A stretch of 64,000 nt of DNA from an uncultured Candidatus Saccharibacteria bacterium (GCA_964532425.1 CAZHIA010000005.1:66772-130771); one strand, 5' to 3'. Positions 8,861 through 18,092 are shown, counted from the first letter of the stretch. Notes: generated by a model not told the origin, from the sequence alone. Program-made: numbers and translations.

Positions 8861-11800
8861 CATTCCAGATACTCAAATTCGCACCGGTGGTCCCTGGCTT
8901 TCTTATGCTCTTCCTTGAACAGGTCGTACTTTGTCGTATATGCGATCCGTTCAACAAGCTCCAAGAGCCGCTGTTTGAGATCGGTAATCTCTTTTTCCGG
9001 CGCGATCTCCTCTTCAATGAACGTATTATCTTGCAAGTACCAGTACTTCAAGCCGACGACGGTTTCTTTCAAGTATTCCTCGGCCGCCCATTGGTAAATA
9101 TAGAGCTGGTCTAAGTCCTTGCTCTTTTTCGGCGTCTGTCCGGTCTTGTAATCCAGGAGAATAATACCGTTTTGCACGCTGTCGGCACGGTCGATTTTAC
9201 CGGTAAATAGATACTCTCCCAGCTTCAGCTGGAAGAACTTCTCGATATATTTTGGCACGAATTTCGCCTGCAGGCTGGTCTCATAGAATGTGCCGAGCAT
9301 TTTCCTACCAAGCACGCGATATTCCTCTTTTTGTTCTTTTGTATCGTACCAGTCATCCACCCAATGCTTTTCATATAGTTCTTCCAGGAATTTCGCCGGG
9401 GGCAGCACCACCTCCGGTTTGCCGCCGAACAAGTCCTGCTGCGGCAGGTCGAGATTGGTTTTGTATAGTTTTAAATACTCTTCGAAAACTTTATGGATGG
9501 TCTGGCCGAAGCTTAAATGGCAGCTGCCGGCTACCGGTAGTTTGAGGTAATGATGATATTTGTATTTGAGCGGACAAGTTTCAAAATCGTTCAGCTGGGA
9601 ATAAGAATACTTGAGCGACGGCACATATATCTGCTTCCCCGGTTGCGCTGCGGGGCGGAACATGACTTTGCCGGTAGCCTGATTTACCCGGTCGCTGGGC
9701 ACCAAGCCGGTCTCGACCAAAAAGCTTGACGGCTTCTTGGCCCGGCTGCCGCCATAGTCCTTGGCCCAGGTCAAATAGAGATAGGTCTTGGCCCGCGTCA
9801 TGGCAACATAAAACAGCCGGCGTTCTTCCTGCAAATGGAAATCCCCTTCCGGAAGGATATCTTTGATCAGGGCTTCCGGAATCTCGATCGGATCGCTTTT
9901 TTCCCGCGTCGGAAACCGCTGGTCTACCATGCTGATGACAAAGACATAGTTGAATTCCAGGCCTTTGGAGCTGTGAACAGTCATGACTTTAACGCTTTCA
10001 GGACCAGCATTCGGATCGAATTTTATTTCACCTTCATTGCCGGCTTCCAGCTCCAAGTCCAGGGTGGCCAAAAAATTATGCATGCTTCGGTCAGTTTCTT
10101 CCTGCCCGAATTCTTCGATCTTTTTGTAGAATTGGTCTACCAGCTCGCGGTTTTCGGCGTTTTCCAGCGTGTCTTCGGAAATAACCTCTTCGATACCAAT
10201 ATCCTTCACAATACTCACGAACAGCTCAGCTGCATGTATGCGCCGGGCAGCATCGCTATGGGCATGGAGGCAATTAATAAGCCGTTCGATGCTTTTTCGC
10301 GACTCATCGCTGGTTTCCGGGAAGCTTTTCGCGTCTTTTAACGCTTCATAGAGCGTTAAGGCCTTTTTATGCCCGTGGGCTAGAATATGAGCGCGCTCGT
10401 CATGGGGAATGAAAAACTTCGGCAGCGTTAGAACGCGGTAAAGGCTGTGCGAATCATGAAAATTATCGAGCAAGCGGAGATAGGACAGTATATCAACAAT
10501 GATCTGTTTTTTGTATAAACCGCGATTAGCCACGAACGTGTACGGTATATTGCGGCTGCCCAGGACGGGCAGCAGCTCGTCAGCTGATGCGTTTCGCCTG
10601 AGCAGAATAGCAAAATCATTCCAGCTGCAGGAGGGTTCTGAATTCTTCAACTCCATAATCTTATTGGCTACGCAATTCAGTTCCGAACTTAAATCTTGCG
10701 CCTCCAGGACCTCGATAACTCCTTCCTGGGGGATGTTTGCGTGGAGTTTTTTTGACAAGTCTAACTTGGTCTCCAGCCGGTCCGGATTGTTTTTTTGGAT
10801 GAAATCATACGCCAGATCAAGGATATTTTGGCTGCTGCGATAATTTTCGACCAGCGTGATCTCAGACAGTTCCGGGAAATCCTCTTTCAGCTTCAAGATA
10901 TTGGAAACGCTCGCGCCGCGGAATTTGTAAATGGACTGGTCATCGTCGCCAACTACGGTCAAGTTTTGGCGCACCCCAGCCAGCAACTTCACCAATTCGT
11001 ACTGGGCATAGTTCGTATCTTGAAATTCATCGACAAGGATATATTTGAACTTATCCTGATAATATTTGAGAATCTTCGGCCGCTTTTTGAATAATGCCAG
11101 CGTGTAGTTGATAAGGTCGGCAAAATCCAAATAATTGTGGTCGATGAGTAATTTTTGGTAGGTGTGGTACGCACCAGCCAGCTCTTCAATGCGGGCGATC
11201 TCCACAGGATCAACGTCAACCGGCGTCATCCTGACGTTGAGTGCATCCGAAACGGAAGGATCTTTTTTGCTGACCCGAGATTCTTCGCCACTCGGATGCA
11301 CTCGCGACTCAGAATGACGCCTTTTGGAAGGAGGATTGATTTTTGTCTGAGCAGGCTGATCTGTTTGCAATCTAAGACCTTCGGCAAAACTCAAATAGTC
11401 TTCTGGCCCTATAAGTTCGTCCTTGCAGCGGCTGAAGTGAGAGAGCATCGCGTCGATGAACTTGGCAGGATTGCCCAGCGGCCGGTAATAGCTCAATTTA
11501 AATTTAGACAGGTTTTTGTAAACCAGGATCCATTGTCTGGTTGAGTCGAGGAGCGTGAAATCGTTGGGAATGCCGATGTCGAGGGCATGCATTTTTAAAA
11601 TACGCTCGCAAAAACCGTGGAAGGTCGCGATCCATGTGTCGTACGCCCCGATGGGCAACAGCAAGTCCACGCGCTCCTGCATCTCACCGGCCGCTTTTTC
11701 GGTAAACGTTAGGGCGGCTATTTCATCCGGCCGGGCAGCGCCGGTTTCCAGCAAATAGGCTATGCGCCGCGTAATAACGGTTGTTTTTCCGGTGCCTGCT

Positions 11801-11940
11801 CCTGCAACGATAAGTAACGGACCTTCGGCATGTTTAACCGCCGTAAGTTGCTGCTGGTTCAATCCTTCAAATAACCGGTTGTCCGTTGGCAGAGCCTGCT
11901 GTTCGGCAATATTGGGAGTTTTTGTTGCTTGTTTGACCAT
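8860..11940 (-). CDS. UvrD/PcrA-family SF1 helicase with C-terminal PD-(D/E)XK nuclease domain
   Basis: AGAGTGKT, LTFT.KAA, VDEFQD, VGDDDQSIY.FRGA, TVHSSKGLEF, EERRLFYVAMTRA; then SYSQL..F.TCP, GKIDRAD, LDYKTG. Confidence 0.95.
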   Translation of the reverse strand: MVKQATKTPNIAEQQALPTDNRLFEGLNQQQLTAVKHAEGPLLIVAGAGTGKTTVITRRIAYLLETGAARPDEIAALTFTEKAAGEMQERVDLLLPIGAYDTWIATFHGFCERILKMHALDIGIPNDFTLLDSTRQWILVYKNLSKFKLSYYRPLGNPAKFIDAMLSHFSRCKDELIGPEDYLSFAEGLRLQTDQPAQTKINPPSKRRHSESRVHPSGEESRVSKKDPSVSDALNVRMTPVDVDPVEIARIEELAGAYHTYQKLLIDHNYLDFADLINYTLALFKKRPKILKYYQDKFKYILVDEFQDTNYAQYELVKLLAGVRQNLTVVGDDDQSIYKFRGASVSNILKLKEDFPELSEITLVENYRSSQNILDLAYDFIQKNNPDRLETKLDLSKKLHANIPQEGVIEVLEAQDLSSELNCVANKIMELKNSEPSCSWNDFAILLRRNASADELLPVLGSRNIPYTFVANRGLYKKQIIVDILSYLRLLDNFHDSHSLYRVLTLPKFFIPHDERAHILAHGHKKALTLYEALKDAKSFPETSDESRKSIERLINCLHAHSDAARRIHAAELFVSIVKDIGIEEVISEDTLENAENRELVDQFYKKIEEFGQEETDRSMHNFLATLDLELEAGNEGEIKFDPNAGPESVKVMTVHSSKGLEFNYVFVISMVDQRFPTREKSDPIEIPEALIKDILPEGDFHLQEERRLFYVAMTRAKTYLYLTWAKDYGGSRAKKPSSFLVETGLVPSDRVNQATGKVMFRPAAQPGKQIYVPSLKYSYSQLNDFETCPLKYKYHHYLKLPVAGSCHLSFGQTIHKVFEEYLKLYKTNLDLPQQDLFGGKPEVVLPPAKFLEELYEKHWVDDWYDTKEQKEEYRVLGRKMLGTFYETSLQAKFVPKYIEKFFQLKLGEYLFTGKIDRADSVQNGIILLDYKTGQTPKKSKDLDQLYIYQWAAEEYLKETVVGLKYWYLQDNTFIEEEIAPEKEITDLKQRLLELVERIAYTTKYDLFKEEHKKARDHRCEFEYLE
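11222..11321. mobile_element. Palindromic element (same family as 6097-6209) inserted in frame in the helicase
   Basis: GGCGTCATCCTGA...TCAGAATGACGCC termini; internal GAGTGCATCCGA/TCGGATGCACTC. Encodes RRHSESRVHPSGEESRVSKKDPSVSDALNVRMT. Confidence 0.8.
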
Positions 11941-11975
11941 GAATGCGCAATTGATTTATTTCGATTTGCAGAATT

Positions 11976-12437
11976 TCAGTGCTTCCCGTTACTGATAAAA
12001 CTCGTCCACTGCTTCCAGAGGTCCTCGCCTTCATCTTTAAAGGAGGACCAGAAAGCCGAAGGGTTGACTATCTTGACCCCTTGAAATTCTTCCAGTTTTA
12101 GCAGGGCATTATCGCTGCTCACCAGAAAGTCCGCCCGTGCTTCCACCGCGCTTTCGAGGATCTTATTGTCTTCGGGATCCTCGACAATGCGAATCTGGCG
12201 GCGATTGACCACCCAGTGGATCTTGGCAAACAGATCATCCAGCTGGTGGCGGTAATCATCATTGTCGATGAGCTGGGAAGCTATAAGTTTATTCTCCTGC
12301 AGGGTCTGGCGATTCGCGTAGGCCTCTATCTCTCCTGCCAGCACCGCATCGATGATCTTCTTTTCGTATGAGTAGTCGTCTTTAAAGCCGTTAATGAGAA
12401 CGTTGGTATCCAGGACTATCTTGGTAACATTTGACAT
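11976..12437 (-). CDS. PIN domain protein
   Basis: KIVLDTNVLI, DPEDNKILESAV..RADFLVSSD..LL. Confidence 0.92.
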   Translation of the reverse strand: MSNVTKIVLDTNVLINGFKDDYSYEKKIIDAVLAGEIEAYANRQTLQENKLIASQLIDNDDYRHQLDDLFAKIHWVVNRRQIRIVEDPEDNKILESAVEARADFLVSSDNALLKLEEFQGVKIVNPSAFWSSFKDEGEDLWKQWTSFISNGKH

Positions 12438-12457
12438 GTGACATTTGACCTTTGACC
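12425..12457. repeat. Heptamer array arm downstream of the four-helix-bundle gene
   Basis: TAACATTTGACATGTGACATTTGACCTTTGACC; contains the PIN gene ATG. Confidence 0.9.
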
Positions 12458-12465
12458 GCTTCCGA

Positions 12466-12852
12466 TTACTTCGTAGGGTTTTTTAATAGTACATCTCTAA
12501 ACGCAGTGAGTTGATCAGCAAGGTTTGCTCCTCTACTTAAAAATTCCTTGTGTTCTTCTTCATTAATATAATGATTATCTAAAGCGATATCTAAACAAGC
12601 AATAACTTCATTCAAAGAGGTATGCGATCTATTAAGAAATAGGGCGAAATCCTTATCGGTCCCTCTGTCGGATCCTTCTGCTATGTTAAGCAAAATCGAA
12701 TCCGCTGCGCGATACAGTTGGTTTGTTAAACTAAACAGTTCATATTGAGGAAAGTGGATCCTTGCTAGCTGTTTGACATCTATGACATATTTTCGGGCAT
12801 CCTGATAAACCGGAAAATTTCTAAATCGGAATTTTTTATCAGTGTTTCCCAT
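12466..12852 (-). CDS. Four helix bundle protein (23S rRNA IVP / Avd-like superfamily)
   Basis: FRNFPVYQ.A, FP..E.FSLT.QL.RAA.SI..NIAEG..R, F..FL..S..SL.EV...L.IA....YI. Visibly AT-richer than neighbours. Confidence 0.93.
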   Translation of the reverse strand: MGNTDKKFRFRNFPVYQDARKYVIDVKQLARIHFPQYELFSLTNQLYRAADSILLNIAEGSDRGTDKDFALFLNRSHTSLNEVIACLDIALDNHYINEEEHKEFLSRGANLADQLTAFRDVLLKNPTK

Positions 12853-12884
12853 GTCAAATGTTAAAGGTTAATGGTCAAATGTTA
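12851..12884. repeat. Inverted heptamer array arm upstream of the four-helix-bundle gene
   Basis: ATGTCAAATGTTAAAGGTTAATGGTCAAATGTTA; runs from the NYN stop codon to the four-helix-bundle ATG. Confidence 0.9.
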
Positions 12885-13400
12885 TCTTCTATTATTCTTT
12901 ATCGGCATTAAAAATTTTCGGGGATTATCGTCCAGGTCAATGAAGAAGTCCGTGAGTTCCTTGATTTTGCCGCTGCAGGACTTACCGAAAGCCACGGTTT
13001 CCGTAAGCTGGCCGGTCATCTGGAGGTATTCGAGCAGCGGGATAAAGTCCCCGTCGCCACTGCAGAGCACCACGACATCTAATTTGTTCATAAGCTTGAT
13101 GATGTCCATGGCAATGCCGACATCCCAGTCCCCTTTTTGGTGCCCGCCGGCGAAGGTTTGCAACTCCTTCATCTTTACTTCAAAACCAGCTTTCTCCAAG
13201 GCTTCAAAGAATGTATGTTCTTCGGGCATGTCGGCTTTGACCACATACGCGATGGCGCGGATCAGTCTGCGCCCGCCCACGGCCGAATCCAAAATCTCGT
13301 TAAATTTGACTCGTGCGTTATAAATATTACGCGCGCTGTAATAGAGGTTCTGAACATCCACGAATACGCCAACGCGCTGGTCGGGGTTTCTCATAGACAT
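12882..13400 (-). CDS. NYN domain (LabA/DUF88) protein
   Basis: VFVDVQNLY, KGDWDVGIAMD, LCSGDGDFIPL. Confidence 0.93.
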   Translation of the reverse strand: MSMRNPDQRVGVFVDVQNLYYSARNIYNARVKFNEILDSAVGGRRLIRAIAYVVKADMPEEHTFFEALEKAGFEVKMKELQTFAGGHQKGDWDVGIAMDIIKLMNKLDVVVLCSGDGDFIPLLEYLQMTGQLTETVAFGKSCSGKIKELTDFFIDLDDNPRKFLMPIKNNRR

Positions 13401-13428
13401 GAATTTATAAAATAATGATTATGTTTAA

Positions 13429-13929
13429 TTATTGACACAGGAATGGCTTAATGTAAGTCGAAATATCGTCACCACTTCCTACTTCGTCAATGCCATTCGG
13501 ACCGGCACTAAAAACCTGGTCGTTTCTGCAATCCGAAACTCCTGATTCGCGCTCATTCTCATCAATAAGGTACGGGGTTCCCCAGGGATCTTTGGGTGAT
13601 TGGGAGAATCCCAGCCTTTGCCAGGATGTTGCCAAGGCAGCCAAGCCAGCGGCATTGGCATTGACGAGCCCTGTGCCCCGGAAGACACAGTCAGAGCAAC
13701 CGCTTCCAGTAATTTGCAGCACGGTATTGTTATTGGTGGTTCTGGATAACTCGATCTGGGTAGCTATTTGGTGGAAATCAGCGTCAACTCTCGCGTACTT
13801 CGCCTTCTGCCGGGTATTATTCATAGCTACCAGCACAATGCTGGACAGTAACCCAATGACAGAAATAACGACCAACAACTCTATTAAGGTGAATCCGCGG
13901 CTATTTAGTTGAAACCGTACAATATCCAT
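13429..13929 (-). CDS. Type IV pilin / GspG-like protein
   Basis: Prepilin motif RG-FTLIELLVVISVIGLL, PKDPWG.PY, SAGPNG. Confidence 0.92.
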   Translation of the reverse strand: MDIVRFQLNSRGFTLIELLVVISVIGLLSSIVLVAMNNTRQKAKYARVDADFHQIATQIELSRTTNNNTVLQITGSGCSDCVFRGTGLVNANAAGLAALATSWQRLGFSQSPKDPWGTPYLIDENERESGVSDCRNDQVFSAGPNGIDEVGSGDDISTYIKPFLCQ

Positions 13930-13946
13930 CTTCCATGCTTAGTAAG

Positions 13947-14972
13947 TTACTCCAAAAGTTGTTGCGGCTCCTTCACATGCGCATCCTCAGCCTCTAGCTC
14001 CAGATTCGCGGCATTTTGGATGCTGCCCCGCAATCGAGTGAAATCATTGGTAACAGTGCCCATGGTGTTGCCGGCGTTTTTGATATGCGTACCGAGCACA
14101 TCAAGATTTTTAGCAAATTTGTCGCTTTCGGTCTTAATGCCGGAGATCATCTTTAATATTTCCTGGGCTTTCTTGTTGATCTCCTGGCCGCGCAGGGACA
14201 ACATGATGTTCCGGAGGTAAATGTACATAGTATTCGGACTGACCGGAATGACCGCCTTACCGCGGCAGTAGTCGATAATATCCTCGGCTTCGATAACTTC
14301 CTGGTAAATGCCTTCGCTCGGAACGTACATTAAAGCAAAATCAAACGTTCCTTCCTGCGGGAGGATATATTTCTTATGAATCTCGTCCACGCGTTTTTTG
14401 ACGTCTTTTAAGAATGCCTTCTTCAGCGCGTCCGAAGCTTCATCAGTCTGGGCTTCCTTATAGAGACGGAAATTTTCCAGGGAAAACTTGCTATCGATGG
14501 ACAAGATGGTATTCCCGACGAATATGCAGGCATCCACGGTCTCCCCATTCTTGAAGCGGTACTGAATGCGGTAGCTGTTCTTGGGCAGGATCTGGGAAAG
14601 CATGTTTTCCAGCATCTCTTCCCCGAAATTGCCGCGCATTTTTGGACTAGCCAGCGTCTCACTGAGTCTTCGAATATCGGGGCCAATTTGGGACACGCCG
14701 CCCAGCTCTTTTGACAAGGCGCCAATGACCCGGGCTGCGTTATCCAGGCGCTCGTTGATGGTTTTTTGCGTTTCTTGGATACGTTCATCCATATTCTCAC
14801 GGGTTTTTTCCGTCGACTGCTTGATCTCCTTCATCCATTCCATCATAACCTTGAGAGTGGTATCGTCTTGTGGAGCCTGCTGCGTTTTGCGCATTTGCGT
14901 GATCATGTAGACAGTCACACCCAGTCCCACAGCCAGGATCGCCAGCCCGATGATCAAAATTGTGTTTTCCAT
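13947..14972 (-). CDS. rmuC: DNA recombination protein RmuC
   Basis: N-terminal TM, RGNFGE..LE, IDSKF.LE, KKYI...GT.DFALMYVPSEG, VSPNT. Confidence 0.93.
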   Translation of the reverse strand: MENTILIIGLAILAVGLGVTVYMITQMRKTQQAPQDDTTLKVMMEWMKEIKQSTEKTRENMDERIQETQKTINERLDNAARVIGALSKELGGVSQIGPDIRRLSETLASPKMRGNFGEEMLENMLSQILPKNSYRIQYRFKNGETVDACIFVGNTILSIDSKFSLENFRLYKEAQTDEASDALKKAFLKDVKKRVDEIHKKYILPQEGTFDFALMYVPSEGIYQEVIEAEDIIDYCRGKAVIPVSPNTMYIYLRNIMLSLRGQEINKKAQEILKMISGIKTESDKFAKNLDVLGTHIKNAGNTMGTVTNDFTRLRGSIQNAANLELEAEDAHVKEPQQLLE

Positions 14973-15106
14973 ACAGTTTTGTTACTTGTTTCGTCCGTAT
15001 CGTATGTTCAAAGTATACCAAAAATGGCCTGTATTGCCAAAAAACGGCAGGCTGAGGACTGCCGGGCATCGAATCAGGCCCCTGATGGTCAAAACAGGAT
15101 CCTGAC

Positions 15107-15141
15107 TTGACAAATTAGCACTCTCGGGTATAGACTGCTAA
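15107..15141 (+). promoter_or_regulatory. CIRCE operator (HrcA site) overlapping a sigma70 promoter
   Basis: TTAGCACTC-N9-GACTGCTAA at 15115-15141, one mismatch to consensus. TTGACA at 15107, TAGACT at 15131. Upstream of hsp20. Confidence 0.9.
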
Positions 15142-15151
15142 TACGTGAGGC

Positions 15152-15220
15152 AATAACGATAATTATAACGATAACTTAAAGACTTATAATCGTAATTGTT
15201 ATATTTATAGTTATGGTTAT
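15152..15220. repeat. Hexamer-armed inverted repeat in the hsp20 leader
   Basis: ATAACG ATAATT ATAACG ATAACT ... TGTTAT ATTTAT AGTTAT GGTTAT. Confidence 0.7.
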
Positions 15221-15239
15221 AAGTCAAGGAGAATAAAGC

Positions 15240-15650
15240 ATGCCATTTGATTTGATTCCCCGTTCTTTTTTCGGCCAATCCCGTCTGGGTAATTTTTTTG
15301 AGGACGAGGATTGGACCTCTTTTCTGCCCTCTTCCGGACTGACTGTTTCGGAAGATGATTTACATGTTTATGTAGAAGCCGCTGTCCCCGGTCTTGATCC
15401 GGACAAGGTGGAAGTCACATTCGATAAAGGTATTCTCTGGATCCGGGGCAGCCAGGAAGCCGAAGACACGCATGAGCCCAAAAAATATTACCGCAAAGCT
15501 TCGTCTTCCTTCTCCTACCGCGTAGCCATTCCCGGCGAAGTTGATGAATCCCAAGACCCGGAAGCGACGTGCAAGAACGGCATCATGAAAGTCTCGTTTG
15601 CAAAAAAGCCGGAAGTCCAGCCGAAGAAGATTAATGTAAGAAAAGAGTAA
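15240..15650 (+). CDS. Hsp20/alpha-crystallin small heat shock protein
   Basis: VEAAVPGLDPDKVEVTF..G.L.I.G, A.CKNGIMKV.F.K; AAGGAG SD; CIRCE upstream. Confidence 0.95.
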   Translation: MPFDLIPRSFFGQSRLGNFFEDEDWTSFLPSSGLTVSEDDLHVYVEAAVPGLDPDKVEVTFDKGILWIRGSQEAEDTHEPKKYYRKASSSFSYRVAIPGEVDESQDPEATCKNGIMKVSFAKKPEVQPKKINVRKE

Positions 15651-15700
15651 AGACGCTGATAGAACACGGAACGCACGGCACCGCGGAAAAACGCGGAAAC

Positions 15701-15731
15701 AAAATTCCCTGGAAAATTTCCAGGGAATTTT
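15701..15731 (+). terminator. Intrinsic terminator
   Basis: AAAATTCCCTGGAAA-A-TTTCCAGGGAATTTT. Confidence 0.8.
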
Positions 15732-15967
15732 GATATAACAAAAAAATAAAAATCTGTTTTGTTGATGACGGAATCTTAAGAGTGAACCAGATATGCACAG
15801 CCTAAGCTCTTGTAGACAAAAAATTATTTTACTACAATGGGCTCAGAAGAGTAGCAAAGAATTTTTGTAACAGTAATTTAATTTCTTTCTTTGCGTCTCT
15901 GTAGGAAGAACGTTGTCTGATTACGATGTAACATCTTTTGAGTTAAAATAAAATCAAATCCGCTCCT

Positions 15968-18064
15968 ATGAATTTCTCGGCGCCAAAATCCCTTTCGCGT
16001 GCCAGCCAGCCTCTGCGCTGGTTTAGCATGTGGAAGGGATTTTTTGTTGCCCTGATACTCATTGGCACAATGTGTGGCTGGCTGGCTATCCGTTTCTACC
16101 GGAGCCTCCCGTCGGTTTCCGAGATTGGCAGCAAGAGAGCCGTTTCGTCTAAAATCCTGGACCGTAACGGAAACCTGCTCTACGAGATACACGGAGAGGC
16201 CAAGCGAACCCCTGTTGCATTAGCGGATATCTCCCCTCATCTTAGAGAGGCTACCATCACTGTTGAGGACAGAAAATTCTATTCACACCCTGGAATTGAG
16301 CTTCCCGCACTCATTCGAGCCTTTTGGAAGAACACGCAGGCTCACACAACCGTCCAAGGCGGAAGTACTATCACCCAGCAATTGGTCAAAAATACGCTAC
16401 TTTCCAATGAAAAAACCTATCAAAGGAAGCTCAAGGAGGCAGCTTTGGCTTTGAAGGTTGAACGCGAATATTCCAAGGATCAAATTTTGGAGATGTATTT
16501 AAATCAGATCCCCTATGGCCGCAATGCGTACGGCGCGGAAGCTGCCAGCCAAACGTATTTTGGCAAAGCCGCCAAAGATCTCGATCTGGCAGAAAGCGCC
16601 TATCTGGCCGCCCTGCCAAAAGCCCCCTCACTGTTTAGCCCGTTCGGGCCGAACCGCGATTACCTTGACCAGCGTAAAAACTATATTCTCGGCGAGATGA
16701 AAAAACTCGGGTATGTGACCGACAGCGAACTCAATGCGGCACGACAGGAGGCAGTGACATTCCGGCCAGCCAAAACTAAAATAGCAGCCCCCCACTTTGT
16801 GGAATATGTGCTTCAGGATCTGGAACAGCAGTATGGACGCGAATTTTTAGAAGAAGCCGGATGGAATGTTTACACAACCCTCGACTTGCCACTCCAGCAA
16901 CAGGCAGAACAGATCGTAAAGGAAGGAGCTGACAAAAACCGTGTGCGGGGAGCCTACAATGCCGCACTGGTCGCCATCGAACCAGCCACGGGAGAGATTA
17001 TAACCATGGTTGGCAGCCGCGATTACTTCGGCGATCCCGAACCACCCGGGTGCCGGCCAGGCGTCAATTGCCTGTTCGACCCGCAAACCAATATCGCTCT
17101 GGCAGAACGCCAACCGGGATCCAGCTTTAAGCCGTATACATACCTCACTGCTTTTTCTCCCGAGCACAAATTTACCCCGTCCAGCATGATTCTAGACAGC
17201 ACGACGAACTTTGCCGCGCCTGGTACTCGCGCCTATATTCCCCACGATTACGACGGCAAAGAACGAGGCTGGCTAACAATGAGAAAGGCTCTTTCTGGAA
17301 GTTTGAATATCCCGGCAGTGAGGACTTTGTCCATGGTTGGGGTTCAGAATGTAGTCGATACTGCCCATCATTTAGGAATCAATAGTCCCCTTTCAGGCTG
17401 CGGTCTATCGTTAACACTCGGTGCTTGCGAAGTCCGCTTGCTGGATCACGTGTACGCATATGCGGTAGTTGCCAATGGGGGTAAAAAAGCGCAGCTTCGG
17501 TCGGTACTCAAGATCAGTTCGGTAGACGGAAAATCTATCACAACCATTCCGGATCCGCCTCAGCAAGCAGTGAATGAAGAAGCCGTATACCTGGTTACGA
17601 ACGTCCTTTCGGATCCGACTGCACGCAATTTCATCTTTGGGTCGCATTCCCCGCTCACGCTACCCGACCGACCGGTAGCGGCCAAGACCGGTACAACTCA
17701 AAATTTCAAGGACGGCTGGACTATGGGGTATACGCCACAGCTGGCGGTCGGAGTCTGGGCCGGTAATAATGATGGCACACCGCTCAAATGGAAATCGGAT
17801 GGCGTGTTCGTCGCAGCGCCTATATGGCAGAAATTTATGATCGCCGCGCACCAGAATGTGCCGGTTGCCCAGTTTACCCGACCTTCCGGTATTGTCGAGC
17901 GGCCAGTTGACCCAAACACCGGACGGGTGGTATCAGACGATACTCCGGGATCTACCCGGGAAGTTTTTGCCAGCTATTCCGCTCCTGCTGAACATCTTTC
18001 TGCCAATCCCCAGCCCTGGAAGGTCACCATCCAAAATTTCCCCGATTCTCCTGCTCGGAATTAA
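15968..18064 (+). CDS. Class A penicillin-binding protein (transglycosylase-transpeptidase)
   Basis: EDRKFY.H.G, QGGSTITQQL, RKLKE, KDQILE.YLN; QPGSSFKP, SLN, KTGT. Confidence 0.96.
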   Translation: MNFSAPKSLSRASQPLRWFSMWKGFFVALILIGTMCGWLAIRFYRSLPSVSEIGSKRAVSSKILDRNGNLLYEIHGEAKRTPVALADISPHLREATITVEDRKFYSHPGIELPALIRAFWKNTQAHTTVQGGSTITQQLVKNTLLSNEKTYQRKLKEAALALKVEREYSKDQILEMYLNQIPYGRNAYGAEAASQTYFGKAAKDLDLAESAYLAALPKAPSLFSPFGPNRDYLDQRKNYILGEMKKLGYVTDSELNAARQEAVTFRPAKTKIAAPHFVEYVLQDLEQQYGREFLEEAGWNVYTTLDLPLQQQAEQIVKEGADKNRVRGAYNAALVAIEPATGEIITMVGSRDYFGDPEPPGCRPGVNCLFDPQTNIALAERQPGSSFKPYTYLTAFSPEHKFTPSSMILDSTTNFAAPGTRAYIPHDYDGKERGWLTMRKALSGSLNIPAVRTLSMVGVQNVVDTAHHLGINSPLSGCGLSLTLGACEVRLLDHVYAYAVVANGGKKAQLRSVLKISSVDGKSITTIPDPPQQAVNEEAVYLVTNVLSDPTARNFIFGSHSPLTLPDRPVAAKTGTTQNFKDGWTMGYTPQLAVGVWAGNNDGTPLKWKSDGVFVAAPIWQKFMIAAHQNVPVAQFTRPSGIVERPVDPNTGRVVSDDTPGSTREVFASYSAPAEHLSANPQPWKVTIQNFPDSPARN

Positions 18065-18092
18065 AACCCCTTGATGTTACATCAAGGGGTTT
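18063..18092. terminator. Bidirectional terminator
   Basis: AAACCCCTTGATG-TTA-CATCAAGGGGTTT between convergent genes. Confidence 0.8.

Noticed and set aside
12466-12852. Four-helix-bundle gene as the Avd of a DGR
   Set aside because: No adjacent reverse transcriptase, template repeat or C-type lectin target.
11976-12852. PIN plus upstream small gene as a VapBC toxin-antitoxin pair
   Set aside because: The upstream gene is a four-helix-bundle protein bounded by repeat arms, not a recognisable antitoxin.
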